IMG/VR virus record: IMGVR_UViG_3300047157_000152
Location: 3,725-67,724 of that record
Source of the DNA: a virus
Reading direction: 5' to 3' (one strand)
DNA length: 64,000 nt
Part shown: positions 49,958 to 60,240 of the stretch, piece by piece
How positions within the stretch are numbered: position 1 is the first letter of the stretch
Layout: every line of letters starts with the position of its first letter
Position numbers and translations under genes: made by a program
The notes under the pieces: model-generated
Told to the model about the DNA's origin: nothing
What the model saw: only the letters and a program-made list of their open reading frames with translations
The model's database searches: none

Positions 49958-52900
49958 ATGAATTGTCAAGATAAAAAGGCAAAATTCAATTGGACTGAAG
50001 AGCAATATAACAAGTGTCTTCAAAAAGAACAATTAGAAACTCCACCAAATCAAGAACTAAACCCACTGACTGGTTTAGGTTTAGAGGTTGATATTGATAT
50101 TGATGAGGCTATAAAAAATACTCCTGAAAAAAAACCAGAATTATCTTGGGGTGATAAAATTAATGCTTTAGTCAATGTTGCCTCAGTGGGTTCTGAAATT
50201 TATGCTGATAACGAAAAGTTAAAAAATTTAGAAAATATTAATTTTGTTTCTGGTATTAATTTTGGATTAAAAGAAAGTGGTTTTGGTGAAGGAAAAAATG
50301 AGTTTTATGATCCTGCTGTTTTAAAAGAAATAGCTTCTAATTTATCTACTAATGATATAACTAAATTTACTGAAAAAGAAAACGATTTTTTTTCAAAATG
50401 GGGTTATACTGTTGCAAAAAGTGCAAGCTCTGATCCTGACTATGAGCCTTCAACTTTAGCTATATGGGATGAGGCTCGTAGATTAAAAATACTGTCGTTA
50501 CAAGATGCTACAGGTGAAAAAAGTACTATTGTAGAAAATATGATAGGAAAAGATGGATTAGGGAATTTTTTTGGTGATGTATATAGAGCTAGTAAGTCTG
50601 GTGTGGTCATGTCAGACAGTTTAGATTCTTCTTTAGAAATATTTTCTAGCGGTGGAGTTGTTGAAACTGATAAATTACTTAAATTTTTAGAAGATCAAAA
50701 AAACAATGTTATTGCAAATAATACTTCAGACGAAATGAAAAAGTTTGAAAGTTGTTATGCTGATGCAGGCCAATCATCTATGGGTTTTTTAAAATGTTTA
50801 TATCAAAATCCAAGCGTTATATCTCAAGTAGTTGTTAATTCAGCTGTACTAAACGGTGGTGCTGTTATACAATCTGATGAAGTAAAAAAATCAGCTATTG
50901 CTGGAACGGCTGTTGGAGCTGTTGCTGGTGGACCAACAGGTGCATTAGCTGGATTCTTTATGGCTTCTGGGTACTCTTTAGAAGCAGGTTTAAAATTTGC
51001 AGAGCTTCTTATAGCTGAAACAGGTATTGATGATGTTAATAATATCACGGTTGATGATTTACAAAAAGTTTTAAATGATCCTGAAAAATTTGATAAAATA
51101 CAAACTAAAGCTAGAAATAGAGGAATAGTTATAGGTGTTGCTAGTGGTCTTAGTGCTGGCGTTGCTAGTAAAGCTGTTTCAGGACTTGTTAAAGCTGGTA
51201 AAAGTACTCGTGTGGCTGCTGCGGTGGGTACTGGAGTTGAAGTGATAGGTGAAGGTGTTGGCGAAGCTGCTGGTCAGCTAGCGGCTGGTGAAAAAATAGA
51301 CATGAAAGAAGTTTATTTTGAAATGGTTGGATCAGTAGGTAGTAAAGCTCCTGTAAGTGTTGGTGGTACTTTACTAAACTTACAACAAACTTCTACAAAC
51401 ATAAAAGTTGGAAGATTAGTTAAAGCGAATGGATTCACAAGTGTATCATCTGCTTTTGATCCTAACATTGAATCAAACGAAACTCAATTAGATGTTACTA
51501 AAATACCTAATTCTGAAAAAACATTAGCTTTTGAATTAGAAAATAATATAAAAAGAAGAGTAATATCAAGAGAAGATGCTTCTAGTGTAATGCAAAGATT
51601 TCAAGAAGTTAAAGCTACAGGTAAACAAATAGAACCTTTAAAGTTAAAAAATAAAACAGATCAAACTAAAATTATAAATCTTTTAGTAGAAAAAAAAGAA
51701 CTTACTGGTGTTATAAATAAAGTTAATGATGAAAACTTAACAGAAAGTGAAGCTAAAAGAGTTGAAGCTATCAACCTAGAACTTAATGATGTAATAGCAA
51801 ATTCTGAAAAAATTGAACCAGTTGCATTTAGTGAAGTAAAAGCAACAGAAACTAAATCTTCTGGATTTGAAACTACTGAAGGTAAAAAAATAAATGATTT
51901 AGTTGGTCCTAGAAAAGAAAATGGAGAATATGATGTTACTAAAAAAGAATGGGACAGTGGAATTAGAGAAAAAGTTATTGGTAATATATATGAAAACGAG
52001 TTATTACAGGGTTTAGTAAAAAAACAAATAACTCAAGAAATGAAAAGTTTACCTCAATTTTCAACAGAAGATTTTGTAAGCGCAACTATAACAGAATTAA
52101 TACCTCATATAAGAAATTTTAATCCTGAAATAAACAACTCATTATCTGGTTGGATAAACTCTGAATTAAATAATAAAAAACTTAACGCGTTAAAAAAAGG
52201 TAAATCAGGTACGGAACAAGTGTTTACATCTGATGTGACAGAAGCTAGAAACGTTACAGACTCTGAATCCATAACTATTGAGCAAAAAATTGATTTAAAA
52301 GATAAAGTTAAAGTTGCTGAAAATAAAGCTATTCAAAAGCTAAGGGAAGTTATAGGCGTAACACCTGAAGAAACAAAAGTTATAGGAGATAAGATAATAG
52401 GTGGAAAGATAAGAACAGAACCTGTAAAAGGTGTTTCAAATCCAGCTATGAGAGACGTTGGTAAAGCTGGTACACTTTTACAATCTGAAAAAATAATAGA
52501 GTCAATGGGTGGTAAAATTGGTACTGTTGGCAAAAATAACGATTTAGGCAATTATACAACTTTTTTAGAAGTTCAAGGTGAAGATGTTTTAACAGTATTA
52601 AATAGCGAAGATTTAAATGAAATAAAAAATACAAAGCTAAAAGATCTTTATAAACCAAAACAAGTTGATAGAGCTAGAGGTGTTCAAAACGTTAAAGGCG
52701 CTGGTAAAGGTATTTTTGAATATGAAAATGCAGAGCCTACTGTTAAAGATTTAATTACATGGGCTACGGATGATAGTTTACCTGCAACTACTAAAATAGC
52801 TAGACAGCAAACGCTAGCAGACATATTAGGTAACGCGTTAGGTAGGGTTTCTACAGTTGAAGCTGTAAAACCACTTAAAGATGGGGGAGTTTCAGAAGGT

Positions 52901-55900
52901 AGTAAAAAGTTTGTTGAAACACAAAAGCTTTTAGGCGAAGAAATAACACCGGATAAGCTTGCTAAATTTATAGCAAATATTGATATAAAAATTAAAAGCT
53001 TAGAAAAAACTAGAAAACAAAAATACGCTGGAAGACTAGGTGTTAACGACATACCTGCTATAGTAAATAAGTCATTAATATTAGCTTTAAAGTTATTTAA
53101 AAAAGCTTTACAAAACGGAGTTAACTGGATACAAGCTTTAGGTCAAGTAACAAGAGGTTTAGCTAAGAAAAACGTTAGTGCATCAGACGTTAAAATAATA
53201 CAAAAAGTTTTTCAAACTTACTTAACACCTAAACAATTGTCTGGTATAGAGCCTGTAACGCCAGAGCAATTACAAAAAGCTATTGAAGATGCTAAACTTG
53301 AGTTTAAGATGAAAAATAATGGCGATGCTTATGAAGCTGCTATTATAAAAGGATTGTTAGGTTTAGAAAAAAAAATACCTGGATTAGAAATAAAAACACG
53401 AGGCAAACAAGCTAATAATTTAAAAGGAGCTGATGTTGAAATGGTTGTAAACGGCGTTCCACTAAATGTAGAATTAAAAGCTATTTTTTCTGAAAGTGGC
53501 AATGTACAGTTAGGAAGTATAACTGTAAATGATTTAGAAAATCTTTTAGTTAAGAAAGCTGGTGGTTTACTTGATGCTGGTTTTCCGAAAGAAAAATTAG
53601 GAGACCTACTTAGTATAGCTGCAGGTATAGACATAAAATCTTTACAAAAACTAGCTGAATCATTTGGTTTTAAAGGAAAAGTTTTAGTAGATAAAATGCC
53701 AGAATCTATTTATAAAAAAGTTAAAAATGCAGATGGTTTAAAAAACACAAACCAACCTGATCCTAAAGGTTTTGCTGGTTTTACTATGGGTGAAATAGGT
53801 GCTATTTATAGAAGTAAAGTTCCACCAGTTCACTATATACAAATAAAAGGAAAGGGATTATATCACATGGGAGAAAATCCTTTAAACTTAAATGTACCTG
53901 ATATAAGTGCACAAAAAGTAGATTTTTATGCTAGAATAGCCTATGCGACTAGCACTAAGGATAAACAAACTGGAGAAAAAATGATTTCTTCTGTTGTTAG
54001 ATTTACTCCTAGATTTGTTAAAGGAAAAGGAGGCACTTTGGATATAGAAACTTCTAAATATTCATTAGACAATCCTAAATCTTTTGCTAATCTTATAAAT
54101 GATTCAAATGTTTTTGTCTTAGGTAAAGATAAGGTAAAAGCAAATTCTGTTCTTGATAAAGGAAAAGATTTTTTAAAAAACAACCCTGACGCTATACCTA
54201 CAACAACGGATCCTGTGGTTTTAGATTCAGATATAAACAAAATGATTGAAGATACTAAAGGTATCAAAGCTAGATATAAGTTTTCTGATATTGTAGCTAA
54301 AAGACGTGGCGCTGGTTTTAAGAATTTTAAAATAATACCTTCAAGTGCTCAAGACTTTAGCGGTTTAATGTATGATTTATATAGTAAAGGTATAAAAGGC
54401 GAACAGCAACAAGAATGGGTTAAAGAAAATTTAATAAAACCATACCAAAAAGGTATTGCTGAAATAGATAGTTATAGACAGGCTTTAAAAAATGATTACT
54501 CTTCGTTACTCAAAAAATTTCCTGCTATAGCTAAGAAACTAGGTAAAACAGTGCCTGGCACAGAGTTTACTTTTGATCAAGCTTTAAGAGTAAATTTATG
54601 GACAGAGGGTGGTTTTGAAATACCTGGTTTAGCTAAACGTGATATTAAAAAATTAAACGATATAGTTAATAAAGATCCTGAATTAAAACTGTTTAATCAA
54701 GCTGCTATAGAAATAAGTAAAAGAGATACATGGGTTAAGCCTAGTGCTTATTGGGATTCTGAAAGTTTAATATCTGATCTAAATAATTTAACAAATAAAG
54801 TTGGTAGAAAACAATATTTAGCTAGCTTTATAGAAAATGCTGATGTAATATTTTCTAAAGAAAACTTAAACAAAATGGAAGTTGCTTTAGGAACTAATTG
54901 GAGAGAAGCAATGGAAGATTCTTTATACCGTATGAAGAATGGTACTAATAGACCTTCTGGAACTAACAAATTAACAAATCAATTTAATAACTGGGTTAAT
55001 AATTCTGTTGGGGCAATAATGTTTATGAACGTTAAATCTGCTTTATTACAAACCATATCATCAGTTAACTTTTTAAACTGGTCAGATAATAATCCTTATA
55101 AAGCTGCTTTAGCTTTTGGTAATCAAAAACAATACTGGTCAGATTTTGCTACATTGTGGAATTCGCCTAAGCTAAAACAAAGAAGATCTGGTCTTAGAAA
55201 AGATGTTAATGAAGCTGAACTCGCTAACGCGGCTATAGGTGCTAAAAATAAACCGCAAGCTATATTAAGCTATTTACTTAAAATAGGTTTCACGCCTACT
55301 CAGATGGCAGATAGCTTTGCTATTGCATCAGGTGGTGCTACATTTTATAGAAACAGAATAAACACGTTGAAAAATCAAGGTTTAGATCAAAAAGCGGCTG
55401 AAGAACAAGCATTTGAAGATTTTGCAGAAGCTTCGGATGTTGCTCAACAGTCAGCAGATCCTATGTTAATATCTCAGCAACAGGCTAGTCCACTTGGTAG
55501 ATTAATATTAGCTTTTCAAAACACACCCGCTCAGGTGACTAGAATATTTAATAAATCTGCTAGAGACTTTATAAATAATAGAGGCGATCAAAAAACAAAT
55601 GTATCTAAAATGATATATTATGGTGCTGTTCAAGGTATGATATTTGCTACATTGCAAAATGCTGCATTTGCTTTAATACCGGGTTTTGATAACGAAGAAG
55701 ATGAAGAAAAGAAAAGTAAAGAGTTTGATGTAAAAGAAGAAAGAATACTTAACAGTATGGTTGATACTATGCTTAGAGGTTCTGGTGTTTATGGAGCTAT
55801 TGTTTCTACATTAAAAAATACTGCTCTTACATATTATAGGGAAGAAAAGAAAGATGCTTTTAGCAAAGACCATAGAAACACATTGTTAGAAATATTAAAT

Positions 55901-56488
55901 TTAAGTCCACCTGTTGGTTCTAAAGTTAGAAAAATAAACAATGCTATAAAAGCTAAAGATTACAACAAAGAGGTAGTAAAAGAGCAAGGTTGGGATGTAA
56001 CCTTAAAAGGTAAGGTCAACTTAAGTCCTTCATATCAAGTTATAGCGTCACTTACAGAAGCAATAACTAATTTACCTCTTGAAAGAGCTGTAGTTGAAAT
56101 TGACAGAATTGTTGAAGTTTTAGATGCTAGAAATACTACATTCCAAAGAATTGCACTTGCTTTAGGTTACAGAACATGGGATGTAAATGCTAAAAATGAA
56201 GAAAGAGATCTTGTAAAAATAGAAGCTAAAGAAAGAAAAGAAGTTGCTAGAAAGCAAAAAGTTATAGACGATAGAGCTGAAAGAAAAAGATTAAAAGAAC
56301 TAGAAAAGTATAAAGGTAAAACTAAAGATGAGATTAAGCAAATAAAACGTAGAGACTCTATAGTTGATACTAATAAATCTGATCAAGTAAAATCTTTAAT
56401 TAACTTAGGTTTGACTAAGAAAGAAATTAAAGAGCTTAAATACGAAGATGATAGAGTTAATAAAATAATTGAACTAACAAATAAATAA
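49958..56488 (+). CDS. Giant multidomain internal virion/ejection protein (2176 aa)
   Basis: G/A-rich membrane-like segment, sigma-2-like and PD-(D/E)XK-like segments, helical C-terminus (QQS.DP...SPLGRLILAFQNTP). Confidence 0.7.
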   Translation: MNCQDKKAKFNWTEEQYNKCLQKEQLETPPNQELNPLTGLGLEVDIDIDEAIKNTPEKKPELSWGDKINALVNVASVGSEIYADNEKLKNLENINFVSGINFGLKESGFGEGKNEFYDPAVLKEIASNLSTNDITKFTEKENDFFSKWGYTVAKSASSDPDYEPSTLAIWDEARRLKILSLQDATGEKSTIVENMIGKDGLGNFFGDVYRASKSGVVMSDSLDSSLEIFSSGGVVETDKLLKFLEDQKNNVIANNTSDEMKKFESCYADAGQSSMGFLKCLYQNPSVISQVVVNSAVLNGGAVIQSDEVKKSAIAGTAVGAVAGGPTGALAGFFMASGYSLEAGLKFAELLIAETGIDDVNNITVDDLQKVLNDPEKFDKIQTKARNRGIVIGVASGLSAGVASKAVSGLVKAGKSTRVAAAVGTGVEVIGEGVGEAAGQLAAGEKIDMKEVYFEMVGSVGSKAPVSVGGTLLNLQQTSTNIKVGRLVKANGFTSVSSAFDPNIESNETQLDVTKIPNSEKTLAFELENNIKRRVISREDASSVMQRFQEVKATGKQIEPLKLKNKTDQTKIINLLVEKKELTGVINKVNDENLTESEAKRVEAINLELNDVIANSEKIEPVAFSEVKATETKSSGFETTEGKKINDLVGPRKENGEYDVTKKEWDSGIREKVIGNIYENELLQGLVKKQITQEMKSLPQFSTEDFVSATITELIPHIRNFNPEINNSLSGWINSELNNKKLNALKKGKSGTEQVFTSDVTEARNVTDSESITIEQKIDLKDKVKVAENKAIQKLREVIGVTPEETKVIGDKIIGGKIRTEPVKGVSNPAMRDVGKAGTLLQSEKIIESMGGKIGTVGKNNDLGNYTTFLEVQGEDVLTVLNSEDLNEIKNTKLKDLYKPKQVDRARGVQNVKGAGKGIFEYENAEPTVKDLITWATDDSLPATTKIARQQTLADILGNALGRVSTVEAVKPLKDGGVSEGSKKFVETQKLLGEEITPDKLAKFIANIDIKIKSLEKTRKQKYAGRLGVNDIPAIVNKSLILALKLFKKALQNGVNWIQALGQVTRGLAKKNVSASDVKIIQKVFQTYLTPKQLSGIEPVTPEQLQKAIEDAKLEFKMKNNGDAYEAAIIKGLLGLEKKIPGLEIKTRGKQANNLKGADVEMVVNGVPLNVELKAIFSESGNVQLGSITVNDLENLLVKKAGGLLDAGFPKEKLGDLLSIAAGIDIKSLQKLAESFGFKGKVLVDKMPESIYKKVKNADGLKNTNQPDPKGFAGFTMGEIGAIYRSKVPPVHYIQIKGKGLYHMGENPLNLNVPDISAQKVDFYARIAYATSTKDKQTGEKMISSVVRFTPRFVKGKGGTLDIETSKYSLDNPKSFANLINDSNVFVLGKDKVKANSVLDKGKDFLKNNPDAIPTTTDPVVLDSDINKMIEDTKGIKARYKFSDIVAKRRGAGFKNFKIIPSSAQDFSGLMYDLYSKGIKGEQQQEWVKENLIKPYQKGIAEIDSYRQALKNDYSSLLKKFPAIAKKLGKTVPGTEFTFDQALRVNLWTEGGFEIPGLAKRDIKKLNDIVNKDPELKLFNQAAIEISKRDTWVKPSAYWDSESLISDLNNLTNKVGRKQYLASFIENADVIFSKENLNKMEVALGTNWREAMEDSLYRMKNGTNRPSGTNKLTNQFNNWVNNSVGAIMFMNVKSALLQTISSVNFLNWSDNNPYKAALAFGNQKQYWSDFATLWNSPKLKQRRSGLRKDVNEAELANAAIGAKNKPQAILSYLLKIGFTPTQMADSFAIASGGATFYRNRINTLKNQGLDQKAAEEQAFEDFAEASDVAQQSADPMLISQQQASPLGRLILAFQNTPAQVTRIFNKSARDFINNRGDQKTNVSKMIYYGAVQGMIFATLQNAAFALIPGFDNEEDEEKKSKEFDVKEERILNSMVDTMLRGSGVYGAIVSTLKNTALTYYREEKKDAFSKDHRNTLLEILNLSPPVGSKVRKINNAIKAKDYNKEVVKEQGWDVTLKGKVNLSPSYQVIASLTEAITNLPLERAVVEIDRIVEVLDARNTTFQRIALALGYRTWDVNAKNEERDLVKIEAKERKEVARKQKVIDDRAERKRLKELEKYKGKTKDEIKQIKRRDSIVDTNKSDQVKSLINLGLTKKEIKELKYEDDRVNKIIELTNK

Positions 56489-56489
56489 T

Positions 56490-57152
56490 ATGAAACTATG
56501 GAAAATTGTCCTTATTGTTCTAGCTGCTACTGTAGCTAGTTGCGGAATACAAAAAACACCACCACCGCCTTTATCAGGCCCTTGGTTAGATGTTCCTTCT
56601 ACCGTTAAGATAGATACACTATCTTATACAAGATTAAATTGGAAGATGAGAAATAGTTTTACGTTTAGATGGAACTACGCTAAGTTTGCGTCTAATCAAC
56701 CGTTTTCGTTCTATTCATCTGCATCGTTTGCTAGGTTCTGGAATCCATTTAATTCATTTGAAATGTACTGGAATAGACATAATTTCTGGTATGACTGGGC
56801 TTTTGGTTATCCTTATTTTAACCACTATTACTCAATGCCAAAATATTATATGTACGAACAACCTCGTTATGTAGCTGTAATGAAAGGAAGAAGAGGAGTT
56901 ACTAAAAAAGTGAGAGAAGATAAAGTTACCATAGTAGCCAATAGACTAAGAAACGAAGTAAAGCTAAATAACAATAAACCAGATAGAACCTGGAACAATA
57001 GAAATAAATTTATTCCAAGAGAAAATCCTGGTAATTTTAATTCTAAAATCACTCCAAGAGAAAACCCTAATATAAATATACAAAACACAAGGCCTAGTAG
57101 ATCTATAGTTAATTCAACTAAAGTTTCTATGAGGACAAAAATCAAAAACTAA
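56490..57152 (+). CDS. Putative lipoprotein (W/Y/F-rich core, R/N-rich tail)
   Basis: Signal peptide with lipobox VASC. Confidence 0.65.
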   Translation: MKLWKIVLIVLAATVASCGIQKTPPPPLSGPWLDVPSTVKIDTLSYTRLNWKMRNSFTFRWNYAKFASNQPFSFYSSASFARFWNPFNSFEMYWNRHNFWYDWAFGYPYFNHYYSMPKYYMYEQPRYVAVMKGRRGVTKKVREDKVTIVANRLRNEVKLNNNKPDRTWNNRNKFIPRENPGNFNSKITPRENPNINIQNTRPSRSIVNSTKVSMRTKIKN

Positions 57153-57437
57153 ATGGCTCAAAAAATTTCAGAGAACACAGAGGTACAATTAGACTTAAAA
57201 ACAATTGGTATGCTTGTAGCAGGAGCCGTAAGTTTAGCGGCTATGTACTTTACTTTGCAAAAGGATATAGACTTAGCAAAAGAACTACCTAAACCAGAGG
57301 TAAGTAGAACAGAATACGATCTTAAAGATGAGCTAGTAAGATCCACTATCATGGACATCGATGAAAAAGTTCAAGACAATAGTGAAAAGCTAGATAAAAT
57401 CGATGATAAACTGTTCACAATTATAAACAATAAATAA
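57153..57437 (+). CDS. Single-TM coiled-coil membrane protein
   Basis: ORF track. Confidence 0.65.
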   Translation: MAQKISENTEVQLDLKTIGMLVAGAVSLAAMYFTLQKDIDLAKELPKPEVSRTEYDLKDELVRSTIMDIDEKVQDNSEKLDKIDDKLFTIINNK

Positions 57438-57438
57438 A

Positions 57439-57792
57439 ATGAAAAAGCTTTTAATTATACTTACTTTAATATGTGGTTATTTTTCAAATGCACAATACGA
57501 AGTATTACACATCAATAGTGCATGGAACTCTAGACATAATTTAGATTTAAGTGGGCTTAAACATGCTAATGTAAAATATGTATTTTTAGAAGATCAACCA
57601 CCATCTTTTAAACAGCAAATTAAGTCTGTACCCACTATACTCATTTTAGATAAGAATAAAAAGACTAAAGGTCTTTGGAATGGAGGTATTGCTTTAAAAT
57701 TAAAGATAACAAAACAAGACGTTCAAGATCATATTGATAAATTAATAGCCCTAGAAGCTGCCAACCTTTCAAGAAGAAGATCAACAAATTAA
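57439..57792 (+). CDS. Secreted thioredoxin-fold-like protein lacking CXXC
   Basis: Signal peptide; INSAWN in place of .A.WC..C; IKSVPTILI cis-Pro motif. Confidence 0.55.
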   Translation: MKKLLIILTLICGYFSNAQYEVLHINSAWNSRHNLDLSGLKHANVKYVFLEDQPPSFKQQIKSVPTILILDKNKKTKGLWNGGIALKLKITKQDVQDHIDKLIALEAANLSRRRSTN

Positions 57793-57873
57793 GACATCTG
57801 CAAAAGTGATTTTAAGGGTGTAAATAACAGGGAATCAAGTGATTATAATAATGTAACACTTTAATTATTATAA

Positions 57874-58203
57874 ATGAACTTAATTTTATCTTTCTTGTTA
57901 TTTTTCAATATGTCAAACGATATTGAAACAGAACTGTTAAATGCTATTAATGAAGGAAATTACAACAAAGTAAATTCAATGTTGATAGTAAATCGAATCC
58001 ATGCGACTGAAATGATTGATGGTAAACCATTGCTAATCCATGCTATTATAGCGGATAAAGCTAATATTGTTTACTTATTATGTTTAAGAGGAGCACAGCC
58101 TTATGTAGATATGTGCGATGAAGGCTATAATGCTATGGATTGGGCAAAGAAAAGTGGAAGTTATTATGCTCGAGCTGAGCTAATAATGATTGCCACACAG
58201 TAA
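57874..58203 (+). CDS. Ankyrin-repeat protein with hydrophobic N-terminus
   Basis: LLNAINEGNY..V..ML, GKPLLIHAI...KANIVYLLC.RGA, EGYNAMDWAK..G. Confidence 0.7.
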   Translation: MNLILSFLLFFNMSNDIETELLNAINEGNYNKVNSMLIVNRIHATEMIDGKPLLIHAIIADKANIVYLLCLRGAQPYVDMCDEGYNAMDWAKKSGSYYARAELIMIATQ

Positions 58204-58245
58204 AGGAATAATAAAATGGGCACCATACCCAAACATTCCTGTAAC

Positions 58246-58281
58246 AAGAAAGGGAGCTATGAAAATAGCCCCCTTTTTTTA
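58246..58281. terminator. Bidirectional terminator between convergent blocks
   Basis: AAGAAAGGGAGCTAT-GAAA-ATAGCCCCCTTTTTTT. Confidence 0.85.
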
Positions 58282-60006
58282 TTATCCGTCACAACTAAGA
58301 CACGATTCGTCCATTGCTTGCTCAGCAATATCTCCACGCAACACTGACTCAGTCCGAGTATAGTATAAGGTTTTAATACCTTTCTTCCAAGCTTCAAAAT
58401 GTACTTTATTTATCCACTTAGGTGTAGCAATACTAGGAAAAGCTAAGTTTAAACTTACACTTTGATCTATATACTGCTGCCTGATACCTGCTTGATTAAT
58501 TAATTCTAATTGATTAATCTCTTTAAATGTTTTAAATACATCTTTAGCTGGTATATCATTATAAGGACCAACCGTAACTTTATTAAGTTCTTTTAGCCCT
58601 TGTACTGATCCTCCGTCTTTTAAGATTTTAGACCAAGTAGTTTCATTATTGATTTTAAGCTTCCGAAGGAGCTTAACCAATGTGGGATTTTTACGAATGA
58701 AAGTACCTTTAGCACTTTGTTCAGTAAATACATTAGCAGCCCAAGGCTCGATACCAGGAGATACATTACCGCTAAGCTTACTGTTACTAACGGTAGGAGC
58801 AATAGCCCTAAGATGAGTATTGCGCATGCCAGTACCGACACACCAAAGAGGTTCGCCAAACTCTTCAGCAAGGGCCATAGAGGCTCGTTCAGATTCAATT
58901 TTAATTTGTGAAAATATTTTTCTAGTTTCATATTGTGATAATAATCCTTCAAATGGTAAACCCTTTTCTTGTAAGTACGTGTGCCAACCTAAAACGCCTA
59001 ATCCTAAAGCTCTACCTTTTTCAGCAGATCTTACAGAATTATGAAATCCAACTTTACCTTTAGATCTCTGTATAAACTCTTCTAATACACCATCTAAAAA
59101 CCATATAGAGTCATGTATTAAATTAGTTCCTTTCCATTCATCATATCTAGCTAAGTTTAAACTAGATAAACAACAAACAAAACTATGTGACTCATCTGTA
59201 TGTAATGTAATTTCACTACATATGTTTGTCATATGAACTTTTAAACCGTGCTTTTTGTAAGCTGTTGGGTTATTTTTGTTTGTATTTCCCTTAAATAATA
59301 TATAAGGCTCTCCAGTTGCTTTACGCTTCTGTAATAACTTTCCCCATAGTTTTCTAGCTGCAGTATCTCCGCTTTCAACTCTTCGCATAAACTTGTCGCC
59401 GACCACAGCACACTGGTGGAGGTTGAGCGACTGACGATTAACGTCTCCTTTAGGTTCTCTAATTTCAAGCCATTCTTCAAAGTCGGGGTGTTCAATATTA
59501 AGATTAACTGATGCAGCTCCTCTTCGGACAGACCCTTGATTAGTGGCAAGTATTGTTGAATCGTATATCTTACAAAAAGGCACAACGCCGTCACTTGTTC
59601 CATTTCCTTTAATTTTTGCACTAGCGGGTCTGATTTGATTTATTCCAATACCTACTCCACCGCCGTGCTTTGCGAGTAGCATCATCTCTAGGTTTTTACT
59701 ACCTATATCGTATATACTGTCAGCAACATCTATACCAAAACAACTGATCGGTAAACCTCTGTCTGTACCCGTGTTAGACAACACAGGAGATGCTAGACAC
59801 AGCCAACCCGACCAAATGTATTCAAAAAATTTATCGGCCATCTCAGGACGTTCTAAACGTCTAGCTACAGTTTTACAAACTCTTTGATATGCATCCCAAG
59901 GTGTTTCACCTTTTAACAAATAGCCTCCGCCAATTGTTTTTTTATACACATCAGTGTCTCCCCACGCAGGGTAATCAACACCTTTTTTCCATTCATTATT
60001 CCACAT
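58282..60006 (-). CDS. nrdA: Ribonucleotide reductase class I alpha subunit
   Basis: SPVLSN, PISCF, TNICSE, CCLSSLNL, AIAPT.S, IDQSVSLN, LYY.R, C-terminal CLSC; start reassigned to MWNN. Confidence 0.95.
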   Translation of the reverse strand: MWNNEWKKGVDYPAWGDTDVYKKTIGGGYLLKGETPWDAYQRVCKTVARRLERPEMADKFFEYIWSGWLCLASPVLSNTGTDRGLPISCFGIDVADSIYDIGSKNLEMMLLAKHGGGVGIGINQIRPASAKIKGNGTSDGVVPFCKIYDSTILATNQGSVRRGAASVNLNIEHPDFEEWLEIREPKGDVNRQSLNLHQCAVVGDKFMRRVESGDTAARKLWGKLLQKRKATGEPYILFKGNTNKNNPTAYKKHGLKVHMTNICSEITLHTDESHSFVCCLSSLNLARYDEWKGTNLIHDSIWFLDGVLEEFIQRSKGKVGFHNSVRSAEKGRALGLGVLGWHTYLQEKGLPFEGLLSQYETRKIFSQIKIESERASMALAEEFGEPLWCVGTGMRNTHLRAIAPTVSNSKLSGNVSPGIEPWAANVFTEQSAKGTFIRKNPTLVKLLRKLKINNETTWSKILKDGGSVQGLKELNKVTVGPYNDIPAKDVFKTFKEINQLELINQAGIRQQYIDQSVSLNLAFPSIATPKWINKVHFEAWKKGIKTLYYTRTESVLRGDIAEQAMDESCLSCDG

Positions 60007-60223
60007 CAGTTTCAAACTTTTTTTCTTGTTCTTTAGGTTTTTGTATCTCTTGTAGTTTATCAACTAACTCTTTCCACGTGTCTTCACCAATATGTAATTG
60101 AAAAGATGTTAACGTACCTTTAGCCATTGAATCTACTTGTTGAAGCTTTTGTATTAAACCATTAACTACATTAGTTAACTGCTCAATCTTTTTCTTCATT
60201 AATATTAATTCATTTTCTTTCAT
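59996..60223 (-). CDS. Hypothetical coiled-coil protein
   Basis: ORF track (start MKEN). Confidence 0.6.
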   Translation of the reverse strand: MKENELILMKKKIEQLTNVVNGLIQKLQQVDSMAKGTLTSFQLHIGEDTWKELVDKLQEIQKPKEQEKKFETDVE

Positions 60224-60240
60224 ATTATTTAATTTTATTT

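Noticed and set aside
50089-50106. DIDID as an RNA polymerase DxDxD catalytic motif
   Set aside because: Lies in the acidic disordered N-terminus with no double-psi barrel context
58204-58240. Small stem AGGAAT...TGGG/CCCA...ATTCCT before the terminator
   Set aside because: Short and weak; cannot be distinguished from chance without homologs
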